From an uncultured bacterium (GTDB lineage: Bacteria > Patescibacteriota > Dojkabacteria > J137): DNA of 64,000 nucleotides. Shown in pieces: positions 51,240 to 60,523 of the stretch; the stretch's first letter is position 1; every line of letters starts with the position of its first letter. The notes under the pieces were generated by a model. The model was given only the letters and a program-made list of their open reading frames with translations. It had not been told where the DNA came from and did not search any database. A program made the position numbers and the translations under genes. The stretch spans positions 381,511 to 445,510 of the forward strand of contig OY969472.1 in assembly GCA_963700155.1 (NCBI GenBank), in the 5' to 3' direction.

Positions 51240-51267
51240 TTGACAAAATTAATGATTATGATATTAT
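51240..51267 (+). promoter_or_regulatory. Sigma70 promoter of small RNA-B
   Basis: TTGACA-16-TATTAT with extended TG. Confidence 0.65.
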
Positions 51268-51273
51268 CTAAAT

Positions 51274-51341
51274 ATTGACAGAGCTAGCATCTACCAAAAC
51301 GGATGATGTGCTGAAAAATCACTCTTGAGGAGTGATTTTTT
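51274..51341 (+). ncRNA. Candidate small RNA (RNA-B) complementary to RNA-A
   Basis: TTGACAGAGC (51275-84) is the reverse complement of 51187-96; ATGATGTGCT (51303-12) is the reverse complement of 51197-206; ends in a terminator. Confidence 0.5.
51314..51341. terminator. Bidirectional intrinsic terminator (RNA-B and hisS)
   Basis: AAAAATCACTC-TTGAG-GAGTGATTTTT. Confidence 0.85.
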
Positions 51342-51342
51342 A

Positions 51343-52620
51343 TTATATTAAATTAATTTCCAGTTCTTCACCACTTTGCATTTCTTTAATTTTATAGACT
51401 CCTCTGCTCTTTTCATCACTTCCAAAGATTATAACTTTAGAAATTCCAGTCTTATTTGCGTAATCTAAAGCTTTACCAATCTTTTGGACATCTAAACTTT
51501 GTATTATTTCTTTTCCTTCTTGCCTTAGCTTTTGAGCTAACAATTCAGATTCTGTTTCTAAACCTTCATCAATTACAGGAAAATAAAATGTGTCATTTTG
51601 CGATAGGCTTTCAGGTATTAAATTCCAGCCCTCCAAAAATAACTTTGTAGTTTCATCACCTGGAGCAAAGCCTGTCGCAGGAAAACTCTGACTTCCAAAC
51701 AATTTTGCTAATCCGTTATACCTTCCTCCTCCAAACATAGCTCTCGAATTTTCAGGATTATTGTCAAATACCTCAAAAACCATTCCATCATAATAATCAA
51801 AACCTCGAATTATATTAGGCTGAAACTTTACCCATTCTGAATATCCAAGACTTCCTAATTTAGTAAGTGTTGTTTTAATTTCAATGAAACCTTGATTTTC
51901 AGAAATTTCAGAAAAATTCTTTAATAGTTCTTCCTCACTCTTACTTTGCATAAAGTTCAATAAACTCTTAACTTGATTATCTTGTAAACCTAAAACTACC
52001 AACCTTCTTTCAAACTCCTCTACCCCAAGTTTTTCAAATTTATCTAAAACTCTTACAATTTCAGCTTTTTGTTCAAGACTCACTTTAGCAATATCATTTA
52101 AAACAAAATCAATTAGCTTTCTATTATTAATAAACATAGTGAAAGAACCTTTCTGGGCCCGAAATGACACCATAATCTCTAAGGCTAACTGAAGTATTTC
52201 AATATCAGCATTTAATGAATCTGAACCGAAAATATCAGCGTTTAGCTGCCAAAACTCACGATTTCTGCCTCGCTGAGGCTTTTCGTTCCTAAAAAAATTG
52301 GCAATAGAAAATAACCTCAAAGGTTTTGGCTGACTTTCATAAATTTTGGTCACCATTCGAGTCACAGAAGGTGTCATTTCGGGCCTTATCGCCAATTCTC
52401 GCCCTGCTTTATCTAAAAATGACATTAACTCCTTTCCTCCAATATCTTCCCCTGATTTCGCCCTATAAACCTCAGCACTTTCAACTATCGGAGTCAGATA
52501 TTCTTTATATCCAAAGATTTCACACACTTTTCGCCAAGTATCAAAAATATATTTTCTAACCCTATACTCTTCAGGCATCCAATCAGAAGTTCCTTTTGGT
52601 GGTTGATTTGATAAGTTCAT
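51343..52620 (-). CDS. hisS: Histidine-tRNA ligase
   Basis: PKGTSD, IRPEMT, RNEKPQRGRNREFWQ, IRGFDYY, GGGRYNGL. Confidence 0.97.
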   Translation of the reverse strand: MNLSNQPPKGTSDWMPEEYRVRKYIFDTWRKVCEIFGYKEYLTPIVESAEVYRAKSGEDIGGKELMSFLDKAGRELAIRPEMTPSVTRMVTKIYESQPKPLRLFSIANFFRNEKPQRGRNREFWQLNADIFGSDSLNADIEILQLALEIMVSFRAQKGSFTMFINNRKLIDFVLNDIAKVSLEQKAEIVRVLDKFEKLGVEEFERRLVVLGLQDNQVKSLLNFMQSKSEEELLKNFSEISENQGFIEIKTTLTKLGSLGYSEWVKFQPNIIRGFDYYDGMVFEVFDNNPENSRAMFGGGRYNGLAKLFGSQSFPATGFAPGDETTKLFLEGWNLIPESLSQNDTFYFPVIDEGLETESELLAQKLRQEGKEIIQSLDVQKIGKALDYANKTGISKVIIFGSDEKSRGVYKIKEMQSGEELEINLI

Positions 52621-52663
52621 AATTTTATTGCTAATAATTAAATTGATTATACATAAAAAATAA

Positions 52664-52814
52664 ATACAAAAAAGCCCTCAATAAGAGGGCTTCCAAAATT
52701 TGATATTCGTGGAAATAAACCCTCTTACTGAGGGCTGTAATGATTTAAATTTAATTTTGTAAATTTATTTCGTTCCATACCAATCATTATACTTTACTAT
52801 AAAGGAATATTCAA
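52664..52814 (-). promoter_or_regulatory. hisS leader: promoter, leaderless peptide (52778-52725), two mutually pairing hairpins, terminator
   Basis: TTGAAT-17-TATAAT; MERNKFTKLNLNHYSPQ*; AGCCCTCAGTAAGAGGG and AAGCCCTCTTATTGAGGGCTTTTTT. Confidence 0.65.
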
Positions 52815-52822
52815 TACATGCG

Positions 52823-54094
52823 CTATTTTTTAAAAACTCCAATCAACCATCTGTGACTTCTTTTTGTATGATCAATTTTTACTAATTTTAACCCTGCACG
52901 CAATGCACGTTCTTCAAGTTCTTGTGCTGTAAATAAGTGATAAAACCTTTCAATAGAAGAATAATTCTTTTTTTCCTTTTCAATTATTTCTCCTTCTCCT
53001 TCGCGAACAATTACATAAAATACACCACCTTCAACTAATGCATCAGCAATTTTTTTAAATACTAAGTCTAAATGCTCATGAGATACATGATGAATGGAAT
53101 CTCTAGCCCAAATTCCTTTATATTTATCTTTTGGCAAATCATAATCAACAATATCGGCTAATATTACCTGGCTATTAGGATTTTCAAACTTTGCAATATC
53201 TACAAATTTTGAAGATAGATCGATTCCTGTTGCTGTAAATTTTTCAGATAAATATTTCAGATCAAAACCCGGACCACAACCAATATCAAGTACCATTGCT
53301 GGTGGATTAATCATGCTAATAAACTCTTCAAGCTGATCTTGAGCGACGAGCTTGCCTGCATGTTCTGAGTGATAATTATTGGCTACTCTATTGTATTCTT
53401 TAGCAATCATTTGCGATCTTGGCCTCAAAATGAAGGCAAGCTCGTCGCCATTATAATTTCTGTCAGAACACTTTTGAATTTTCAGTTCATGTTCTTGAAT
53501 TATATTCAAAATCTGTTCAGGACTTGTCGCCTGATACAACACACCCAATTCAGTTTCGTCAATATTCATATCTCTTTGAAAGCTTTCTATCAAGTCATCC
53601 CAGAATGCTCCATATAAAATTACTGGTTTATGGCAACCGTAATATAATTTGGCAAGACACCAAACTAAGCCGAACTCTGAAATCGTACCTGTTCCGCCTT
53701 TACAGACAACGTAAACATCACCTTTCTCTATCAACCCAAAGGTTCTAACTACATAATTTGAAGAGGTTTCAGATTCATCTGCAATATTAGCCAAATTCTT
53801 TCCTTCGAAAAATGAAGCCATCTGCGGCTGCCAGTAAACTACAGATGTTTCCCCATTAACGCTCTCTGCTCCATCTGTAGCCGCTTTCATAATACCAGGT
53901 CCACCTCCATTAACTATTACATATTCATTTTCTGCAAGTAATTTTGCTGCATCAAAAACTGACTTGTAAATTGGATCATCTTCAGGTATTGCTGAATCGC
54001 CGAAAAAGGTTATCCTATTTATGATTCGACCACTTTTTAACGTTGGTTCTTGTACTTCTTTTGGCCTAATTGGAAGTTTTGTAATTACGGGCAT
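52823..54094 (-). CDS. LOG/SLOG-family nucleotide-binding domain fused to a class I SAM methyltransferase
   Basis: TFFGDS, NGGGPGIMKA, KGGTGTISE; then LDIGCGPG, SIHH. Confidence 0.85.
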   Translation of the reverse strand: MPVITKLPIRPKEVQEPTLKSGRIINRITFFGDSAIPEDDPIYKSVFDAAKLLAENEYVIVNGGGPGIMKAATDGAESVNGETSVVYWQPQMASFFEGKNLANIADESETSSNYVVRTFGLIEKGDVYVVCKGGTGTISEFGLVWCLAKLYYGCHKPVILYGAFWDDLIESFQRDMNIDETELGVLYQATSPEQILNIIQEHELKIQKCSDRNYNGDELAFILRPRSQMIAKEYNRVANNYHSEHAGKLVAQDQLEEFISMINPPAMVLDIGCGPGFDLKYLSEKFTATGIDLSSKFVDIAKFENPNSQVILADIVDYDLPKDKYKGIWARDSIHHVSHEHLDLVFKKIADALVEGGVFYVIVREGEGEIIEKEKKNYSSIERFYHLFTAQELEERALRAGLKLVKIDHTKRSHRWLIGVFKK

Positions 54095-54110
54095 ATTCCT
54101 TTATTAAAAT

Positions 54111-54767
54111 TTATTCTGATGTTTTTATATTTAAAGCTAATTCTAACTTCATCCTAGCAAGTTCTATATCCTCTGCCTTTGCGAAATATGAGCCTGGACT
54201 CACACGTTGAATGTCCCATTGCTTGACTATATTCGCTGTTTTCAAGTTAATTCCACCATCAAGGCTTATTATGCCATTGTATCCGATTTCTTTAATTTCT
54301 TCTATTTTATCTAAAACTGATTCTTGGAAAGGTCTTCCTTGTCCTCCAATATCAATACTCATAAATTGAACTTCGTTAAATTTGTTATAAAAATCAATAT
54401 TTTTAAGTTTTGTTTCTAATTTTATGCTTACCCCTCTTCTCCAATTTGATGGCCAGTCATAGTTATTCAAGAATTTGATATCTGATTCTTGTTGGAGATA
54501 AATTCTTATAGTTCGATTTTTAAATCCATTCTTTTTTAGTAATTCTAAGTATTCTTCGGGTGAATCAACCATAAAATGAAATCCTAAAGATTTAATCTTC
54601 GAATTCTTTAGAAAGCTTATTGTATCAGCTAAATCAGCTGTTTCATTAGGTAAGAACGGTTTTCTTATTATATCAATATCAACTGAATCAAAGATTTCAT
54701 AAGCTTTTACAAATCTTTTAAATTCTTCTATACTATTTGTTAGTATTGATGGTGAAATTTCAATCAT
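54111..54767 (-). CDS. rpe: Ribulose-phosphate 3-epimerase family protein
   Basis: ISPSIL, HFMV, QFMSIDIGGQG, LDGGIN, GSY. Confidence 0.82.
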   Translation of the reverse strand: MIEISPSILTNSIEEFKRFVKAYEIFDSVDIDIIRKPFLPNETADLADTISFLKNSKIKSLGFHFMVDSPEEYLELLKKNGFKNRTIRIYLQQESDIKFLNNYDWPSNWRRGVSIKLETKLKNIDFYNKFNEVQFMSIDIGGQGRPFQESVLDKIEEIKEIGYNGIISLDGGINLKTANIVKQWDIQRVSPGSYFAKAEDIELARMKLELALNIKTSE

Positions 54768-54799
54768 AATCTACTCTATTTAAATATTAAAATATCAAT

Positions 54800-55438
54800 G
54801 TGAACAGGATTTATAATTATTCCGTTTTATATCTTATCACATTGTTATTCTACATCTTTTTTAATACAGTTGGGTTTGCTGATCCAGTAGTATTTTTCAT
54901 CTTTTTACTCTCTTCGGTTTATATAGTCTTTGCTAGAGAAGAACTTCCAAAAGCTAGATATATAAAAATCCCTGAGGTTAAACAATACTTCAAAACAAGG
55001 ATAAATATTTTTGGATATCTCATGTCTACAATACTTATAGCTTCTTCAATCTTATTTATTTTGTTAACAATTACTTTAAAGTTAAGTTATGGGATCTCCA
55101 GCTTACTAATTTGGCCTTTATTAATCATCTTTTTTTATCTAATTAATAAATACTCTTCAAAAAAAGCGTTTATTCAATCAATTGTAGATTATATGAGGGA
55201 CATAAATATTAATTATCCTGAGTTAAATTCTATTATTGAATTTTTAACAAATAATGTCCAAAATAATTATGAGCAAAGTAAATTAGAAGATGAAATAGTT
55301 CAGAAATTTCATCTAAATAACACAAGTATACCAATTTTACATGAAACAATTTTAAAATATTTTGAATATGTGAAATTGGTAGAAAATCCAGTCACACCAG
55401 ATGAAATTTCTGAACTTAATAAAAGTGATAATCCTTAA
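54800..55438 (+). CDS. Hypothetical membrane protein
   Basis: Four TM segments plus a soluble tail. Confidence 0.6.
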   Translation: MNRIYNYSVLYLITLLFYIFFNTVGFADPVVFFIFLLSSVYIVFAREELPKARYIKIPEVKQYFKTRINIFGYLMSTILIASSILFILLTITLKLSYGISSLLIWPLLIIFFYLINKYSSKKAFIQSIVDYMRDININYPELNSIIEFLTNNVQNNYEQSKLEDEIVQKFHLNNTSIPILHETILKYFEYVKLVENPVTPDEISELNKSDNP

Positions 55439-55483
55439 TAGTCTTCACTTCTCTCTTCAACATCGTTGAGGTATAATAACTAC

Positions 55484-55849
55484 ATGAATGAACTCCAAGA
55501 AAATATTTTAGATCACTATAAAAATCCTAGAAATTTTGGTCATCCTAATTGGGATTTTTCATATGTTTATGAATCAAAAAATATTTCATGCGGAGATGAG
55601 ATAAAGCTTTATGTACAAATGGTTTCAGATAGAATTACAAATTTAGCATTTGAAGGTGAAGGATGCTCTATCGCTATTGCTTCGGCTTCTATTTTAACTG
55701 AAGAGTTTAAAAGTATAAGTATTCCAGAAATTTTAAAAATGAGTAATGAAGACTATATTAAAAACTATATTGGATTTGAATTAACCCCCTCTAGACAAAA
55801 ATGTGCTCTACTTGTTTTTTTAGCTTTAAAAAAATCAATTAGTAAATAA
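55484..55849 (+). CDS. SufU/IscU-family Fe-S scaffold / sulfur-transfer protein
   Basis: ILDHYKNPRNFG, SCGD, GCSIAIASAS, RQKCAL. Confidence 0.92.
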   Translation: MNELQENILDHYKNPRNFGHPNWDFSYVYESKNISCGDEIKLYVQMVSDRITNLAFEGEGCSIAIASASILTEEFKSISIPEILKMSNEDYIKNYIGFELTPSRQKCALLVFLALKKSISK

Positions 55850-56128
55850 GTTAGCTAACTTTCATGTGAAAGGTATACCTAAATTTCTTTAACCAATATA
55901 GTTATCCAGAAAATTATATCTATTATTAATAGTGTATCGATGTATCTATAATATACTTGAAAGTATTTTCAAATTTTGTTCCTAATATTTATAATAATTC
56001 GTATCACATTACCTGCTAGTCTTTTTATTGATTTATTTAATAATCAAAGTACAAGCTAAAAGTGTTACAAATCATTGGAAACAGCTCTAAAACCCTAACA
56101 GAGCAGTGTAATCTTAAAAAAGAAGATA

Positions 56129-56157
56129 TTGACATGGCAATTAATTAATCCTAAACT
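56129..56157 (+). promoter_or_regulatory. Sigma70 promoter of hup
   Basis: TTGACA-17-TAAACT. Confidence 0.65.
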
Positions 56158-56221
56158 CAAGAAAATACTAATTAGCAATGCTGTATTAGTATTTTCTATT
56201 TTATTTATTTATTCATAAACT

Positions 56222-56497
56222 ATGAATAAAGCAGATTTGGTTGCATACATTGCAAACAAGACTGGAATGACAAAAAAAGATGTTTCCAGTGTTTTAGATG
56301 CAATGGTAGAGGCTGTAGTTGCAACTGTACAAAAGGGACAAGCAGTCACATTGACTAACTTTGGAACTTTTGTTTCAGTAAGACGAAAAGCTAGCACAAA
56401 AAGAAATCCTAAGACTGGAGCTCCAGTAAAGGTTCCTGCAAAGGATGTTCCAAGGTTCAGACCTGGAAAACACTTCAGAGAAGCTGTTGCAAGATAA
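56222..56497 (+). CDS. hup: HU DNA-binding protein
   Basis: MNKADLV, FGTF, RNPKTG, PRFRPGK. Confidence 0.97.
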   Translation: MNKADLVAYIANKTGMTKKDVSSVLDAMVEAVVATVQKGQAVTLTNFGTFVSVRRKASTKRNPKTGAPVKVPAKDVPRFRPGKHFREAVAR

Positions 56498-56542
56498 GCA
56501 TCTGATAAAAAGACGCCCGATATTATCGGGACCTAAAGAGAG

Positions 56543-56575
56543 TAGAGGCCCAATCAAATGGGTCTCTATTTTTTT
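56543..56575 (+). terminator. Intrinsic terminator after hup
   Basis: TAGAGGCCCA-ATCAAA-TGGGTCTCTA followed by T7. Confidence 0.8.
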
Positions 56576-56594
56576 ATTTAGTATATAATTAAAC

Positions 56595-57328
56595 ATGATT
56601 GAATCAAAAATACTGTATAGAGGAGACTTACCAAAAATAATATCTATATAGAACATGTTAATAATAAACATAAGTTTAGACCCGAATTTGAATCTAAGGT
56701 TGCAGAATTATGGAAATTATTCTTAGTAAATGCCGAGGAGAAAGGACTAAATCCCTGGGATGGAGATCAGTATAGAATTGAAAACCCTGAAGAATTTATA
56801 AAAAGTAATGTAATCCAATTATCTACCATAAAGTACTCAAGGACCAGAGCATTTTCAATATTATCTAAAGAAAATATAATGGACAAAAACGAATACATAA
56901 ATGCAATTGCAACTGGATCCGTCATCATGACATCCGATAGACAATTTGTGATGGGGAAGAGAGGGAAAACCATGCATCTTACCAATATAGATTTTATTGG
57001 TGGAGGACTACAAGAGGATGAGTTTATAGTAAATGATATTAAAGATTTTAAAAAGAACACAATAAAAGAGATACAAGAAGAAATAAATTTAAGAAGCGAT
57101 ATGATAAAACAGATTGAGGGATTGGGAATAATATTTAGTACAACAACAAATATTTTGTTTTTCTATAAATCGATATTGAATATTGATTCCATCGAACTAA
57201 TGAAAAGATTTAGAGAACGAAATGATACTGAAATGGAAGATCTTATTTTAATAAAATCAGAAAAGTATAAAGATTATTTAAAAACCCTACCAGGATATAG
57301 GCCACTTGTAGCAGCTTTATTAAACTAG
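56595..57328 (+). pseudogene. NUDIX-like protein with an N-terminal frameshift
   Basis: MIESKILYRGD in one frame; TKNNIYIEH...WDGDQYR... in the -1 frame, continuous with ORF 56879-57328 (GGGLQ...KEIQEE). Confidence 0.65.
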
Positions 57329-59031
57329 ATAGAAGTTACTTTAAAATCTTCCAGTTTTAAAGTTACAGTTTTGTTTCCATTCCACTGATTCAGTTCAAGA
57401 TGTCCAGCTAAATCAAGAGGAGTAGAGTAGATAGCATTTGTTTCAAGAATTTCTTTTGTAAATTTATCAGCTGCTCCAAAACCAACAGCCTCAATTTTTT
57501 CACCATACTCATTAGGAAAAATTAATTTAATATGAGATTTATCTTTTCCCATAAAAATATAATTCTTAATCGCAATATTTTTAATCCCAATTGTTGGTTG
57601 TTTATTACCTTCCCCAAATGGTTCTAATATCGAAAGATTATTAATTGTTTCTTCACTTAAATCACCAATTGAAGCAATTGCATCGATGGTGAAAATTTCT
57701 TCCATGTCTGATTCAGTTATTACTTTTTCTGCTTTTTGAAGTAGAGTCTTATAAAGCTTTTCGAAATTTTCGCGTTCAAATGAAAGCCCCGCAGCTTGCG
57801 AATGCCCTCCAAAAGCTGTTAAATATTTTGAAGACTCCTTAAGGGCATTCGCAATATGAAACGACTCAATACTCCTTGCAGAAGCTTTAACTTTCCCATT
57901 TTTTTCTGAACCAACGATCACAGGTCTTCTGTATTTCTGAGTTAATTTACCGGCTATTAATCCAAGAATTCCTTCAGGCCAATCCTCTCCAATAATAAAT
58001 AAAAACTTATTATTCAAATCTGTTTTAATTAAATTTTCAGCTTCTTCAAGATATTTTATTGTTAACCCACGTCTCTCAGAATTTAAAATATCCAATTTCT
58101 GTGCTAACTGTCTAGCAAAAGGAGTAGAGGATGTGGTGAGCAGCCTAACTCCATCCATAGCATCTTCAAGCCTTCCAGAAGCATTTAAGCGCGGTCCAAG
58201 TATGTATCCAACATGGAAGGACTTAAGATTAGAAGGTTCAATTTTGGTAATTTTTAATAATTCATTAAGACCTGCTCTTTTTCTTTCTTGTATTTTTTCT
58301 AAACCTAGTTTTACTATTGATCGATTTTCATCTATCAATGGCATAATATCGCAAATAGTCCCTAAAGCAGCAAGGTCGATATATTCAGTCATATCTACTC
58401 CAAGTTTTAAATGTTCATTTAACGCACAACAGACTTTCCAAGAAACCCCAGCACCACAGATTTCCTTGAAAGGATATTTATTTAACATAGGGTGAACAAC
58501 TGCTAGTGCTTTATTTGAGATTAAATATTTTCCGGCCTTTTTACTTCCTTCAATTTTTTTATTTTCAAATTCCTGAGCAGAATGGTGATCAGTTATAACA
58601 AAATCAAGTTTATCTGAATATTCATTAACTAGTTTAATATCTTTTATCCCACAATCTACTGAGATTACAAATTCTCCACCAAGTTTAAGAATATTATCTA
58701 AAGATTCATTAGAAAATCCATAACCTTCTGTAAATCTGCTTGGAATATATGGAAGAACATCAGCTCCAAGTTCATTTTTCAGGAATAGCCACATTATTGA
58801 AGTTGAAGTTATTCCATCAACATCATAATCTCCATGGATTATAATTTTTTTTCCATCTTTTACAGCTTTGGAAATTGCTTCGACTGCTTTATCCATATCA
58901 TGTAAAAGGAAAGGATCGTGAATATTTTCGAATGTAGGATTCAGGAATTTTTCTTTATCAGTAATATTTCTGGACTTATATACCCAGTCGAGCAGAGGAG
59001 TATCCTGCTGTTCAGGCCATACCCATTTCAT
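57325..59031 (-). CDS. recJ: ssDNA-specific exonuclease RecJ
   Basis: GDYDVDG, VDCGI, TDHH, PRLNASGRL, ASARS, GGHSQAAG, EPFG. Confidence 0.97.
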   Translation of the reverse strand: MKWVWPEQQDTPLLDWVYKSRNITDKEKFLNPTFENIHDPFLLHDMDKAVEAISKAVKDGKKIIIHGDYDVDGITSTSIMWLFLKNELGADVLPYIPSRFTEGYGFSNESLDNILKLGGEFVISVDCGIKDIKLVNEYSDKLDFVITDHHSAQEFENKKIEGSKKAGKYLISNKALAVVHPMLNKYPFKEICGAGVSWKVCCALNEHLKLGVDMTEYIDLAALGTICDIMPLIDENRSIVKLGLEKIQERKRAGLNELLKITKIEPSNLKSFHVGYILGPRLNASGRLEDAMDGVRLLTTSSTPFARQLAQKLDILNSERRGLTIKYLEEAENLIKTDLNNKFLFIIGEDWPEGILGLIAGKLTQKYRRPVIVGSEKNGKVKASARSIESFHIANALKESSKYLTAFGGHSQAAGLSFERENFEKLYKTLLQKAEKVITESDMEEIFTIDAIASIGDLSEETINNLSILEPFGEGNKQPTIGIKNIAIKNYIFMGKDKSHIKLIFPNEYGEKIEAVGFGAADKFTKEILETNAIYSTPLDLAGHLELNQWNGNKTVTLKLEDFKVTSI

Positions 59032-59160
59032 AATATCTTTTTTTAGATTTTAAACTCCAATTTAACAGCTTTGAAAAAACAGAGTTTAGAATCCAACCAT
59101 CTCTATAACACAATACAATTAAAAATTTACTAACTTTTAAAAATAATTAATAAACTATCC

Positions 59161-59769
59161 TTATCTTACATCATTTCTATTTAACCATTTTGCAAATTTC
59201 TTAAAACCAAGGAATGCTCCAATTGCAAGAATTACAAAAATTATAGCAACAATTACCACTGTCTTGACGATGGACAAGGTTTTAGCTTGGTTATATTCAG
59301 CTGTTAAAGGCAAAACTTCTTGGGATGCATTTGAAGCAAAATTTTTTCTGACTAGAACTAAATATGAACCATCTGCCTTGAAAGCTTCAGCTTGTCCTCT
59401 CAGTTCAGTCACTCCATAACCTGTTGGTAATATCGTTATTGGTATTGAATAAGTTTTGCCTGACTGAATGGTAATATCTTTTGTTGCATCTGTATCATTT
59501 ACAAATTTACTTGATCCTTGAAGAGTCCATGTAATTTTTACCCTATCAGCATCTATTCCAGATTTAAGAATCATTTCAAAAGTAACTTGCTTGCTTTCTG
59601 GATCTTGAGTTTCCTGATTAAAATCGGCTCTTAATCCTTCTACATCTTGAATTACCGGTGCTTGATCGGATTGAAAAGGATCGGTTGAAGCATCTGTTTG
59701 TGCGAAAACTCTAAAAGAGAGAAAAGTTGCTGAAACTATTAAGACTGTGATTATTAGAAATTTTTTCAT
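59161..59769 (-). CDS. Exported protein with C-terminal TM anchor
   Basis: Signal peptide, beta-rich core, TM helix and basic tail. Confidence 0.65.
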   Translation of the reverse strand: MKKFLIITVLIVSATFLSFRVFAQTDASTDPFQSDQAPVIQDVEGLRADFNQETQDPESKQVTFEMILKSGIDADRVKITWTLQGSSKFVNDTDATKDITIQSGKTYSIPITILPTGYGVTELRGQAEAFKADGSYLVLVRKNFASNASQEVLPLTAEYNQAKTLSIVKTVVIVAIIFVILAIGAFLGFKKFAKWLNRNDVR

Positions 59770-59794
59770 TAAATTATTCTACCAAAATACAAAA

Positions 59795-60523
59795 CTATTT
59801 ATTTATTTCCCGAACTATTATTATTGGTGTTACATTCCCATCATCTTCCTGTCCTTGAGGATTTCCCTTTACAATCTCAGAAAATTTCTGTGCAGAGTAG
59901 AGTGACTTTACAGATTTGCTCATTCCCAAAACATTATTATCAATATTATTTCCATCCAAAATTACAGTCGGCATTCCAAATTTTTCTTCAATATGATCTG
60001 AGATTTCATCACCATTTGGAGGAGGTAAAACCGCATATTCATTCATGGGCGGCCTGGAAACTGGGTTGAAGCCGTCAATGGCATTAATATTATGCCCTGC
60101 AATTTTATAAAAGTATCCAGGCCGCCCTAAAATCTTCAAAATTGTTCCACCAATCAATGCAACAAATATTCTTGGATAACCTGCAATATTAATCGCTACC
60201 TGCATTTTTCTTGGATGAGAATATCCAATGTCATCAGGCCATTTTGTAACAAATTTAACAATAAATTTTGCTAAAAGTCCTGGTTTAACTTTAGATTCAT
60301 GAATTACATAATTATCACAGATACTTACAACTTTAGCTGAAATACAAAAAATATCACCTTCTTGAAAAGCTTGTTTACCATAGTTTTCAATAAATTGATC
60401 CAAACTATCACCAATTTTCACGGTAGGGGTGGAAACAGGATATCTTGCATACTTTTGATTATCTACAATGCTGAAAAGTTCTCTTCCTCTGTTTGGTGTA
60501 GTTATTAATCGGTATGGTTTCAT
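59795..60523 (-). CDS. F420-0:gamma-glutamyl ligase (CofE)-like protein
   Basis: GDIFCISAKVVSI, NAIDG, DGNN, GNPQGQ...TPIIIVR. Confidence 0.7.
   Translation of the reverse strand: MKPYRLITTPNRGRELFSIVDNQKYARYPVSTPTVKIGDSLDQFIENYGKQAFQEGDIFCISAKVVSICDNYVIHESKVKPGLLAKFIVKFVTKWPDDIGYSHPRKMQVAINIAGYPRIFVALIGGTILKILGRPGYFYKIAGHNINAIDGFNPVSRPPMNEYAVLPPPNGDEISDHIEEKFGMPTVILDGNNIDNNVLGMSKSVKSLYSAQKFSEIVKGNPQGQEDDGNVTPIIIVREINK

Noticed and set aside
51303-51314. Box C/D-like ATGATG..CTGA motif in RNA-B
   Set aside because: The boxes are only 2 nt apart with no guide between them, and the context is bacterial; likely chance.
51166-51341. Standard circularly permuted two-piece tmRNA
   Set aside because: That layout needs the GGGG acceptor 5' strand downstream of the CCA end; here it lies upstream, and only about 110 nt remain before the terminator ends.
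55850-56220. Replication origin in the long AT-rich sufU-hup gap
   Set aside because: Only one imperfect DnaA-box-like site (TTATCCAGA) was seen, and no dnaA lies in the window.
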